A stretch of DNA of 63,318 bases, counting the filler, from Octopus bimaculoides (Eukaryota), in NCBI RefSeq assembly GCF_001194135.2. It is 5 parts of 5 records of this genome, joined end to end, with 100 filler letters (N's around TTAATTAATTAA, not from the genome) between each part and the next. Parts side by side here need not be neighbours in the genome. Positions count along the whole stretch, not along the records: positions 43,502 to 60,654 come from NC_069000.1; positions 60,755 to 63,318 come from NW_026409387.1; 3 more parts are not named here. The stretch is one strand, 5' to 3'. This document shows positions 52,030 through 63,318 of this stretch, in pieces. A model generated the notes under the pieces. It was not told where the DNA came from. It saw nothing but the letters and a program-made list of their open reading frames with translations, and ran no database searches. The stretch's first letter is position 1. Each line of letters begins with the position of its first letter. The position numbers were made by a program, and so were the translations under genes.

Positions 52030-52459
52030 TAGTATCATATTAACGATAATAACATATCCACTCCATTACCCAATATACAACTCCCTATATTTCTGACTCA
52101 CGGATATTTAGACGACAATGTGTTTCTGCTTAAGAGCGTCTGATGTGGATTGTTACGCACGTTTTTAGTATTATTATAGTCCGTCTAACGGCTGAAGTCA
52201 TCTGAACTTCTTCTAGGTTTAATTTACTGACCAGTTTTTGTTTCAATCTCTCTAGGTTTAATTTCATTCTCTCACACTACACAGCTCTTCAACACAGCCC
52301 TCACAATTCTCCACTGTAATCATTGAATCAACCCCTTCTTCGACGCCAGTCTTACATCTAAGTGACAAGTTTCACGGACTTGCAATATTCAGTAAGTTAT
52401 ATGTTTGTAGCGTGTCCTGTTTATGGTCGCCGATACAAAGAACCAAGAAAATACTGGAC

Positions 52460-52566
52460 CGACTTACCCTAAAATAATCAACCTCTCACAACGGAATCTT
52501 ATGGAAAGGGAAATAAAAATTCTACAATATGGTCTAAAATTCTCTCCAACACAACGGACTTTATAA
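52460..52566 (+). mobile_element. Penelope-like ORF N-terminal fragment
   Basis: PKIINLSQRNLMEREIKILQYGLKFSPT matches the PLE IINLS..L...E..LL..GLKF.PT signature. Confidence 0.7.
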
Positions 52567-52954
52567 AAGATACCTATTTTACTATCAGGCGCTCACAGCC
52601 CTCTGTCAGCCAGATAATTTGGTCTGTGTATGTTACAGCAAGACATTCTATAGAAAATTAGTGGTCCGTAAAAGTGACAACGACCTCAAGGAAATTCTGG
52701 GTGCCGATGATGACCAACTGGCTCGTCTTTTCCGAAGCTGGGTTCTATGAATAATTAATAGAAATCCCTTGCCTAGCAGTGCAAAAGAATGACTTTGGTG
52801 AACAGGGTGACTCGGGATGTGTGGAGATTCCGAATTATTCCTGGGTCGCATTTCCCTTTTATTGTGGAATTTTGTTCTGATTTTCTTGATAATGTTTATT
52901 TATTGTTTATACGTGTTTATATAAATCCCTAATATCCTTAATTTTTTTTTCTGA

Positions 52955-53165
52955 GGCGGCGAGCTGGCAAAATCGTTGGAGGCTGGAAAAAATGTTTGGA
53001 GGCATTTTGTGTGGCTTTACTTCCTGAGTTCAAATTCCGCCGAAATTGACTTTGTTATCCATTCTTTCTGAATCAATAAAATAAGTACCAATCAATTACT
53101 GGAGTCGAACTATTCGATTTTCCCATCTTCTGAAATTTCTGACATTATACCAAATTTAGGAAGGA
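52955..53165 (+). mobile_element. SINE family A (OK-like), decayed
   Basis: ggcggcgagctggcaaaatcgt..ctgagttcaaattccgccga..gactttg..aataagtacca. Confidence 0.75.
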
Positions 53166-53425
53166 ATATTATATCTTTTTTCCTCTATTACAGATAAATT
53201 GAATGGTGCGGATATGATTACTAAAATTTTAACTTTTGCCGCAATCCTGCTTTTTATGGGCAATTTTCCTTAAGGGTCGTGCAAAAAAGAAAACAAAAAA
53301 TAACAGAAACAACTCGGTTAGTATCATATATACTCTTGACCCTCGTCTGCGTGTGTATAAATCATGATGTATCTATGCACGTTGACACGTGTGGGTACAT
53401 ACATAATACATACATACATACATAC

Positions 53426-53461
<36 letters not shown>

Positions 53462-54234
53462 NNNNNNNNNNNNNNNNNNNNNNNNNNNNNNNNNNNNNNN
53501 NNNNNNNNNNNNNNNNNNNNNNNNNNNNNNNNNNNNNNNNNNNNNNNNNNNNNNNNNNNNNNNNNNNNNNNNNNNNNNNNNNNNNNNNNNNNNNNNNNNN
53601 NNNNNNNNNNNNNNNNNNNNNNNNNNNNNNNNNNNNNNNNNNNNNNNNNNNNNNNNNNNNNNNNNNNNNNNNNNNNNNNNNNNNNNNNNNNNNNNNNNNN
53701 NNNNNNNNNNNNNNNNNNNNNNNNNNNNNNNNNNNNNNNNNNNNNNNNNNNNNNNNNNNNNNNNNNNNNNNNNNNNNNNNNNNNNNNNNNNNNNNNNNNN
53801 NNNNNNNNNNNNNNNNNNNNNNNNNNNNNNNNNNNNNNNNNNNNNNNNNNNNNNNNNNNNNNNNNNNNNNNNNNNNNNNNNNNNNNNNNNNNNNNNNNNN
53901 NNNNNNNNNNNNNNNNNNNNNNNNNNNNNNNNNNNNNNNNNNNNNNNNNNNNNNNNNNNACCCATCCATCCATCCATCCATCCATGCATACATAGAAACA
54001 TACATACATACTTACAAAGCTACCGACCCACATACCTGCGTACCTACCTACTTACCTACAAATCTATCTATCTACCTTCCTACAAACCTACCAACATACC
54101 TACCTACCTTCCTATACACACTCACACATTCATGCATACATACACACACATACAAACATGCATACATACATACATACATACGTACATCTGGGCATACACT
54201 AACACAAAATACTGCACACACACACATATGCACA

Positions 54235-54340
54235 AATACCTAGTTGATGTTGATAGAAGTTCCAATAAAGGAGCCTTGAATCTATGTTAGAGTCCGGCTC
54301 TTTCTCTATGGACAAGAAATACAGAAATGAAACTGATTGA
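54235..54340 (+). mobile_element. R4/Dong-like LINE 3' UTR remnant
   Basis: Homologous to 17590-17700. Confidence 0.7.
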
Positions 54341-56171
54341 TAACATACATATATATCGTTTCTCTCTAAATTGACAAAACTTTATTTTTTTCAGCTTACT
54401 GCCTGATTCAGCGAATCTTTCAAGTAACAGCCAACTCACGTTTACCCCGGAAATAAATATTTGACGCTACACTATACATTGAGTGCTTTTTCCAGTTACC
54501 GCTCGTTGTTTTCTGATGCTGAAAATATTATATGAATATGTGTGATTGTATGTGTGCGATATATATATGCGTGTACATACGTGCCCATACATATGCATCT
54601 AAATAGATATAATAAAACAAATTTTCACCTATAAGTACATAGTCTCTATCTTTTTTCCAACTAGAATCTACTTTTCCTAAATTAGGGAAAGCATTGTAGG
54701 CATGGTGTAGCAAAACTAGAAAGTTATATGAAAATGTCGTTTAAATTCTTCGCAAAGTTTAGCCTATCAGTCACAATAGAAACGAATTACAGATCTGCTC
54801 CTTTTCTACATGTTCCTGGCTGAAATGTTAGATTATATGCTCCTTACCATAAACCAAACGAGAATCTTAGGAACGTTAAAACATACTCAAATTATCCCTC
54901 TGCAATTATAACCTCTATAGTTAATAGCGTTTCGTATAGAATGCCGAGATAGCCATTCATGTAGCGTGGCGCCAATTCATAACAGCTGGCAATATGACTG
55001 CTGAGGAAATATGATTGTCGTTTTCCTATTGGTTGAAAACTGCTCATATTTGAATTCTGAAAATTAGTAAAAGAATATTTTTATGCAATTTCAATTCTTA
55101 AAAGTCAAGTTGAGAAGTTATAGAAACCCTGGATTTTGGGGAAAACTTTAGTGTCTGTGGTTGTCTAAATGAATCCACGTCACTCAAATCCAGAGTAATG
55201 GTTATTGCCATGAGAAATACTCTTTAAAAGTCCGACACCTATTTTGGTTGTCGTATTTCATTAGCTAGAAAAATGATATACATATAAATGTATATAAATA
55301 AACTATATTTCTTCGCAACCTGTTTAACATATTTAATTCTGTTTAATAATCTGTAACGTTTTGTTTTTATAGCGGTACGTAATAAGGACACGATTTTCAA
55401 TATACATTTGCATAAGACGTATAGGTGTAAATTAGCGTCTGTACAAGACTTACGCTAACATGGCGTACATTTTAACTTGAGAGATAATACTTATTGATAT
55501 CCTTTACAAGTTAAGGATCAGCTTTATCAATATCAACTTCCACTCAAGACAATTAAAATATACACTCGTAAATGAGTATAAAATAAGCAGCCTTAAAATA
55601 ACGATTATTTTAACTGCTATAACTGTTGTAGAAAAACTGGTGACTACCAATAAAACTGTTATAAAACTTTTTTTTGAAGGTTTAAGAGAAGATTTTAATG
55701 ATATGTCAACATGTATGTCTGTGTGTGTGAGTGCGACATAGAAACATAATAGACAGGCCGTCATGTAAACAAAGTGTATGTGTATACAAACATGGATTTA
55801 TGTGTGTGCGAGAAATACAGAGCATAGAAAAGAGTCTTAGAAAAGGACGTTAGAAGAAAGTCCAGACACAAGGATGATAAATACCAGTTCATATTCAAGG
55901 TATACAGTGGTTGAGGTGCTGTAACAAGAACTTGAGGCCTCGTAGCAGAGCTGGAGGAGAGGCACATGTCGTGAGAGGTTGTGGCTTCAATGCTGCTGCC
56001 GGTTACTTGGTACAAGAGTTCTTACAGGTTGTATTCGCTGTTAACCATGGTGAAGTAATTCACAAAGTGTTGTGATAGAACCTGTGCGAGTGCTGTTGGT
56101 AGTGTGCACGTAGAGAGGTTGGTGTAGACGCTAAGAAGCTGGAGGCGACGAAGGTGGAGTCTGTCGTAAGC

Positions 56172-56455
56172 TGACATTCCAAAGACTGGGGCAGTTTGAA
56201 TGGGAAACGATGCCCCACCCAATATATTCGCCGGACATGGCCCATCTGCTTATCATTTATTCCGTGGTCTTTCAAGATCGTTTAGACGGAAAAAATATGA
56301 ATTCTGTAGATGAGGTCAGAACAGTACTGGGGGAGTATTTTCCGTCACAGACAGGTGACTTTTAGAAGAGGGGCCTTGCAAGCCCACCAGATAGATGGAA
56401 GAGAATTGTAGAAAATGAAGGAGAGTATATTTTAGATTAAAAAATAACTTTATCT
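56172..56455 (+). mobile_element. Mariner 3' fragment (same family as 10349-11244)
   Basis: FQRLGQFEWETMPHP..YSPD..HLF..LDGKNMNSVDEV..DRW..IVENEGEYILD*; reverse-complement match to 10380-10630. Confidence 0.85.
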
Positions 56456-58393
56456 TACATTTACACACACATACACACACGCACACACGCACTCACACGC
56501 GCACTCACACACACCCACATATCTATACATATACATATATGCTGGAGGACTTAGAAATTTCTGGTTTGGTGACCGAGTGCGCAGGTAGATTACCAGGGTA
56601 AGTTGAAATCTAAACCGTGGCGAAGAGAACTGACATACGAGATGAAGACCTCTAACAGAAAATCCTGAGATATGTCGTTCGTGGAATCTGTGGAAAATAT
56701 TTGCAACAACTTTCTGCTATTAGTATTTTCAAATAGGCTGGCTGTACTACACGCCCTTCGCCACTTAAAACCATCTGGCTATCATATTCACTAATAATAC
56801 ATTACATATACACGACGAAATGACGGTAGAATCTGCTTTTTCGCTTTTTCACTCTCACCGTCTTTCTCTCCTTCTGCGTGCGCGCGTACACACACACACA
56901 CAATATATATTGTAGCCCACTGTGCCGATTTCCTTAATGTGCTTGTACACCCAATCCAATGTAGAGTAGTTCAGTAGATAAAATTCGTCCACCAAGCATC
57001 TAAAATGAGTGGCAGCAGTTTGAACATATGCAGGATGGGACAGACAACAGCTAAATGTGTGGCTGATAATCGAATAAAAGCAATCACAGCACTCAACGTT
57101 GCCTATGGATTTGCCAGGTGAAGCTTCATCGATGTTAGGTAACCCTGGGTTACCAAATACAATTGTTACAGGAACTGGGAATGCAGTACAAAGGATCCAG
57201 TGAAGAAGAACAGCAACCCATTAAGATATTCTTAGGAAGAATGTCATGGAATTCGTAGAGAAAGGGGCCAGAGTAATACAGCTTTCGTTTCCGACCTATT
57301 TAACTCTACCAAGAAGCTGCTCGTGATGTGGGTTTCTCGAATGCTTGGTGGGTGAAGTATATACTTTTTATTCTCGACTGCCTGGGTGACCCTGCAGTAA
57401 AAAAGGAGCATGGACAAGGTATAAACCTGATAAACCTTACATCGCCAACGATTGAGTTTTACATGAAGCAATTGAGCATGAAGAAAGTTCAGGATGTTGT
57501 TAAGGCAGTAAGTTTAGCCTCTGCTACCGGGGCTCTTTGCAGTAGCCTACTGAAAGCCAATAAGGAAAAATATNNNNNNNNNNNNNNNNNNNNNNNNNNN
57601 NNNNNNNNNNNNNNNNNNNNNNNNNNNNNNNNNNNNNNNNNNNNNNNNNNNNNNNNNNNNNNNNNNNNNNNNNNNNNNNNNNNNNNNNNNNNNNNNNNNN
57701 NNNNNNNNNNNNNNNNNNNNNNNNNNNNNNNNNNNNNNNNNNNNNNNNNNNNNNNNNNNNNNNNNNNNNNNNNNNNNNNNNNNNNNNNNNNNNNNNNNNN
57801 NNNNNNNNNNNNNNNNNNNNNNNNNNNNNNNNNNNNNNNNNNNNNNNNNNNNNNNNNNNNNNNNNNNNNNNNNNNNNNNNNNNNNNNNNNNNNNNNNNNN
57901 NNNNNNNNNNNNNNNNNNNNNNNNNNNNNNNNNNNNNNNNNNNNNNNNNNNNNNNNNNNNNNNNNNNNNNNNNNNNNNNNNNNNNNNNNNNNNNNNNNNN
58001 NNNNNNNNNNNNNNNNNNNNNNNNNNNNNNNNNNNNNNNNNNNNNNNNNNNNNNNNNNNNNNNNNNNNNNNNTATATATATATATATATATATATATTCT
58101 ACCTGTCTACTTCTCGAAGCCGAAAGAGAGCGAGTAAGAGAGAAAGAGAGAGAGAGAGAAAGAGAAAGAAGGAGAAAGTAAGAGAAAATGAAACAATGTC
58201 AGCTTCACTCACACTTCGAATTGCACTCCCTCTCTCATTCACACTTACATATATTGTACTTTTGTCTCTGTTTTTGCTGTTTGACTATTTCGACTTCACA
58301 TTTCGAATCAGACACGTCTTTTCGTTGATTTGTGTTGCTGGGAGCCGAAGATCATTTCCCTTTCTGCTTAATACCTACCTGTTAAGATCAGGG

Positions 58394-58442
58394 ATGTTAT
58401 TAGTTATATTGATATTGATGGTGGTTTCTTACAATTCAGCCC
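58394..58442 (+). CDS. Candidate signal-peptide exon (MLLVILILMVVSYNSA, phase-1 donor)
   Basis: ATG, 11 hydrophobic residues, S-x-A end, then a strong C|gtaagt donor in phase 1, which would fit a following Ig exon. No downstream exon was identified. Confidence 0.35.
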
Positions 58443-58588
58443 GTAAGTTAAGATTCTAGAAAATATTTTCCTTTCAGCTCCGACACTCTACCTTTCTCTG
58501 TTAGATCTCATACTTACATTAATGGGTGCCTGTGCTTACTATATTGTTCTATCTCCCCCTATTTGCCCTTTTTCACTCGCATTTTCTT

Positions 58589-58636
<48 letters not shown>

Positions 58637-58914
58637 ATTAATGGGTCTCCGTTCATGACGAGGCAATCATCAAAGGGGACAACCAAGGCTGCTATTCTCG
58701 TATTGTTTCGTAAGAGATGTGATACTTTCTCCACAAGAAGCACTGTGCATACAAATATACATATATACGTGTTCGTGATTAATTTGGAGAATTTTTGTCT
58801 CATCTTTTCGGGAATTGCTTGATGTATTGGTGAACAGTTAATGGTATAGGAAAATATAAAGATGAAAATTCTGGTTGAGAAGAAGTTAGTTGACATGGTA
58901 GACTGAAGCCGTGT

Positions 58915-59720
58915 GAATACTGGAAAAGAGATGCCTGTATCATGTTGATTTGCGACGGGTATCAAAATGTCGACATCATGACTGCTATCAGTGCTTTGTG
59001 AACACTGTAAAGATTGTAAAACGTAACATGAATTTCATGAAAACCAAGTTCCCCCAAAATGTTATGGCTTTGGGTGTGTAAGGTTTTTGCATGTGCCTCC
59101 AGTGAGGGTGAACTCACTGAACTGAGCCTTAGGCCTTGAACTGATCCGTAGGTTTTGAACTGAACCTTGGGCTTTGAACTGAGCCCTAGGCTCAATTCAG
59201 ACGGTTAGGTGAAGCTGCTGGAGTTTGTTGTCAAACCGTGTCTGGAGAAGGTTGCTGCTGGAAGGCTATATGTATGGCAGCAGGATTCGGCTCTTTGTCA
59301 TACTTCCGGAAAAAGGTCAGAGGTGGTAGTCGGAGAATTTCTATGATTTCACCAGTCTCAGTTTCTGGCCTCTTAATTCTCCCAGTTGTAATCTCATGGA
59401 ATACTATGTGTGGGATATAGTTGAAAAAGAAATCAGCCGCTTTTACCTGCTGCGACGAGGCTGAGCGCGTGGTCAAGTTCGGAAAGATGTTCGAAGATCT
59501 TCCTAGGGACGCAGTGAGGAACGCATGCGCCACACCCCGGAGCCGTCGTGAGGTCGTGGTGGAAGCTGAAGCAGCTACCTTAATTAAACTGTTATCTCCC
59601 AGCCTTAGTCTAGTTGATATTTTCTGTTTTAAACTACATTTACTTTTGAAAACAATATTGTGTTTTCATTTTGTGCCAACTGTTAAGTTTATTCCAAACA
59701 GCCTAAAATGTATGTTTGTT
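58915..59720 (+). mobile_element. Internally deleted DD37D (maT-like) Tc1/mariner element
   Basis: MKTKFP.NVM.LGV; VWQQDSA.CHTSGK..W.SENFYDFTS..FWP.NSP.CN.M(E/D)YYVW with 37 residues after the second D once one frameshift is corrected. Confidence 0.7.
59119..59195. repeat. 19-bp minisatellite x4 (tgaactgagccttaggcct)
   Basis: Directly visible inside the DD37D element. Confidence 0.8.
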
Positions 59721-60100
59721 TGTGTGTGTGTGTGCATGTGTGCGTGCGTGTGTGTGGATATATATATATACACGCATATATTTTTATTAATATTTGGCAG
59801 AATTAACAGACTCAAGAGACGTGAGTTTCGTGCGTTGGCATTTATCAAATTGGATTGGTCACTCAGTTGCTTCTGCTAAATATTAATAAAAATACACAGA
59901 TACTCATATTTTGAGTTCTATTTTCCTGTTTGCAACAGCATACCTGTACATACATACATACATACATACAAACATACGTACATGCATACATACATACATA
60001 CATACGTACATACGTACGTACGTACGTACGTATGTATGTGTATGTATTTATATATATATATTTATATATATTTACATATATATATATGTATACAAATGAA

Positions 60101-60154
<54 letters not shown>

Positions 60155-60410
60155 ACTATGTTGTTTGCAGGTAGTAATTCAAATGAGATAGAAATATGTA
60201 GTTAATACGTATAGAAGAGTAAATATAAAATTATTAAAGTCGACTTCATATTTTTTCTAATTCATATTCCTTTCACTCAAGTAGCGTTCAACACGTCCAT
60301 TTCGAACGTAGAATATTTTTGACTTTACATGCTAACGGATTCATCGTTTTAGATCAGTGTTACGCGACGGAGTGTTCTGAAGCTTTGCATCCAAACATAC
60401 ATACATACAT

Positions 60411-60654
60411 AGCCCACAATGTGTTTGCAGTACCAGTACTCATACCGACATTCGGGATACTTGACTGGACGATCGATGAAATCCGAGCCTTTGATGTGAA
60501 GACCCGAAAAATACTAACGAGCACGAACAACTTTCACATCAATAGCGATGTAGACCGCCTATACCTAAAACGAAATAAAGGAGGGAGGGGCCTAACATCA
60601 ATTCAGACTGCCTTTGAATGCCGTGTCATATCTCTTCGACATCATCTCATAACC
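60411..60654 (+). mobile_element. 5'-truncated R4/Dong-like LINE (RT C-terminal region), truncated by the contig end
   Basis: AHNVFAVPVLIPTFGILDWTIDEIRAFDVKTRKILT..FHINSDVDRLYLKRNKGGRGL, uninterrupted; begins right after (CATA)4. Confidence 0.88.
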
Positions 60655-60754
60655 NNNNNNNNNNNNNNNNNNNNNNNNNNNNNNNNNNNNNNNNNNNNTT
60701 AATTAATTAANNNNNNNNNNNNNNNNNNNNNNNNNNNNNNNNNNNNNNNNNNNN
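60655..60754. other. Assembly linker N44-TTAATTAATTAA-N44
   Basis: 12-mer at 60699-60710. Confidence 0.95.
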
Positions 60755-60939
60755 ATATATAAGTAGAGAGATACAATTGACAATCCAGTATTTTTGGACT
60801 AATGGGTATATGTCGACTAGTGTGCTTTGTAAAGCACTGGCACAGTTTGGGTTACCTGGTGTCATCCACAGTCGGGGTGGGTTTCCATTGGATTAACCTT
60901 AGGTATTCCGCTGTGTTAGTTGAGATAATAATAATAATT

Positions 60940-61100
60940 GCTTGAGTAACCAGAGGATAGGTTTGGTGGATCTCCTTTCAACATGTTGTGTTGCATCAAT
61001 TTTGCAGTTTGGGTCCCATCAAAGGTTTGTGGCTCGCTAAAGATCCCGAGCTTTGACTGTCATGTTGTTATATGCCCGCCTGGTTAGGAAATGACGTATC
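60940..61100 (-). mobile_element. Possible CR1-like RT C-terminal remnant
   Basis: WDPNCKIDATQHVERRSTKPI resembles W.P..K.D...LE.VQRRATK.I; heavily decayed. Confidence 0.35.
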
Positions 61101-61943
61101 ATTACTATTACTATTCTATTACTATTATCTTCGTATGTACATATAAGCAAGTAATTGTTGATGACAAAAATGTTCGTAAAGGAAATAAATGGATGGATAG
61201 GGATGGATTGAGTTACACTGGGTTTAAGACAGATGAATGGTATTAGAAGAAGGGAGGAGTGATACGTATGCAGGCTGTAATATCTAAGGGGGCGAAAAGT
61301 TGTTGAGCTAGCTAGCGTCGATCAGGATGCATACACACAGATTTTCGCTCGTACATGCACTCACACAGGGGATGTTGGCCACCCGCCCATCCGGNNNNNN
61401 NNNNNNNNNNNNNNNNNNNNNNNNNNNNNNNNNNNNNNNNNNNNNNTGTCTCAGTTAATGTTGTTGACTGTTTTAGTTAAAGCTACGGCTTAAGTATATC
61501 TAGAGTTGTCTCTCTTCGGTATTTAACATTGATAACGGCTAAAGAGCTAGAAACAGAACCGACAGTAGGCAGCACTGGACAGATATGGTTCTGCATCCTT
61601 TTATTTTAAAAGAGAATTTTTTTCATCACGGTAACTGCAATGAAGTTGAAATATAACAGACATATTTTAACTCATCTAAAGATCGCTTATGCCTAAACAC
61701 TGCAAGACACCGTTACTGCTGCAATATCCTACATATTATAAAATACTATATGGGTATCATAGGTTACGCTAGGAAGAGAAGAGTAAAACAAGAAAAGGAG
61801 TGGGAGGGTGGTAATCAGAGACGCTGAATGCAGGCGAACAGTGTTCAAAGATGTTGCCCTAAAGAAGCCAGTAGTTTAATAAAAATACAACCGCTAATCT
61901 TTATCGTGAATTGCATTTAGTTAATCAGTTACGCGCACGCACG

Positions 61944-61978
<35 letters not shown>

Positions 61979-62779
61979 NNNNNNNNNNNNNNNNNNNNNN
62001 NNNNNNNNNNNNNNNNNNNNNNNNNNNNNNNNNNNNNNNNNNNNNNNNNNNNNNNNNNNNNNNNNNNNNNNNNNNNNNNNNNNNNNNNNNNNNNNNNNNN
62101 NNNNNNNNNNNNNNNNNNNNNNNNNNNNNNNNNNNNNNNNNNNNNNNNNNNNNNNNNNNNNNNNNNNNNNNNNNNNNNNNNNNNNNNNNNNNNNNNNNNN
62201 NNNNNNNNNNNNNNNNNNNNNNNNNNNNNNNNNNNNNNNNNNNNNNNNNNNNNNNNNNNNNNNNNNNNNNNNNNNNNNNNNNNNNNNNNNNNNNNNNNNN
62301 NNNNNNNNNNNNNNNNNNNNNNNNNNNNNNNNNNNNNNNNNNNNNNNNNNNNNNNNNNNNNNNNNNNNNNNNNNNNNNNNNNNNNNNNNNNNNNNNNNNN
62401 NNNNNNNNNNNNNNNNNNNNNNNNNNNNNNNNNNNNNNNNNNNNNNNNNNNNNNNNNNNNNNNNNNNNNNNNNNNNNNNNNNNNNNNNNNNNNNNNNNNN
62501 NNNNNNNNNNNNNNNTGCTCCAGCATGGCCGCAGTCATATGACTGAAACAAGTAAAAGAGTGAAAGAGTGAAAGAGATCCAAATAACATACATGTGAATG
62601 TAACAACGATGCTTTGGACCAAAAGGAACGGCAATCCCAGAATCACATTCGGTGGGTGATCTTGAGATTGATATGAGCAACGATGCATCGCTTCACATGC
62701 ATATCACCAAGACGGTGGCAGAGAACCTTCAGAACAAGGGAAACTATGCAGGTCTTATGAAAGATATTTGTTCTCAGCC

Positions 62780-63270
62780 GTTTGGACTTCTCTCAAATGT
62801 GGTCACCTTACAATGTCAGAACTCGAGGCGGTTCAGTGAGGCTACACAAGGAAGATGGCATCAATAGAACAGCTGAGCCACTGGAGAGACTAAAAGAGCT
62901 ACGACTCTACTCCCTGGAGCGAAGCTGGAAGAGGTATGCAGTGATATTTGTGTGGAAGATATTGGAGGGGCTGGCACCAAACGTTGGAATTGAGAGTTAT
63001 ACCAGAGCACGAATTGGACGTCACTGCACTGTTCCAAAGGTCCCAGCTGTCCCATCTGAGGTGAGGAGCATGTACTGCAACAGCTGTGGATTCAAGCGCC
63101 CACAGCTATTTAACGCCTTGCCAAAACATCTGAGGGATCTGATGGAGTGGGAGTAGATGTTTTCAAGAAACAATTTGACCACTTGCTTTCCAAGATCCCA
63201 GATAAACCAATATCCAGGTAGTAAACTCGAAAGCGAGTAGCAACGTGAAACTCACTCCTTCACCAAAAGC
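62780..63270 (+). mobile_element. CR1-group LINE 3' fragment
   Basis: ERLKELRLYSLERSWKRYAVIFVWKILEGL.PN..PQLFNALPKHLR..VFKKQFDHLLSKIPD matches the CR1 post-RT C-terminus. Confidence 0.8.
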
Positions 63271-63318
63271 CAATCACACAGAATTGACCACACACGCGCG
63301 CACATTATATCAACAATA

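Noticed and set aside
54385-54460. Terminal exon of the Ig gene after tttttttcag
   Set aside because: The phase-1 frame gives only 20 unremarkable residues and then a stop; no supporting motif.

Overview
AT-rich, microsatellite- and TE-dense eukaryotic DNA with many N gaps. The SINE types, the Tc1/mariner, R4/Dong, RTE, CR1 and Penelope remnants, and the TTAGGG-like repeats point to a cephalopod (octopus-like) genome; this is inferred from recalled repeat families, not from a search. Four identical 100-bp linkers (N44-TTAATTAATTAA-N44) show that the window is stitched from five pieces, so linkage across them is not assured. The only well-supported host gene is an Ig-superfamily gene on + with two phase-1/phase-1 Ig exons (44826-45131, 48353-48655). 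It has a possible read-through transmembrane tail, and a possible signal-peptide exon lies at 58394-58442. The notable mobile DNA is: (1) a near-complete DD34E Tc1; (2) an 814-bp fold-back element with an 8-bp TSD and head-to-head telomere-like repeats; (3) Penelope GIY-YIG remnants, one followed by a hammerhead ribozyme and one arranged as a 2-kb inverted pair; (4) RLE-type LINE copies whose 5' junctions abut (CATA)n; (5) two tandem RTE 3' ends carrying repeated C2H2 fingers and a shared 3' stem-loop. Most ORFs in the supplied track are microsatellite or gap artefacts.
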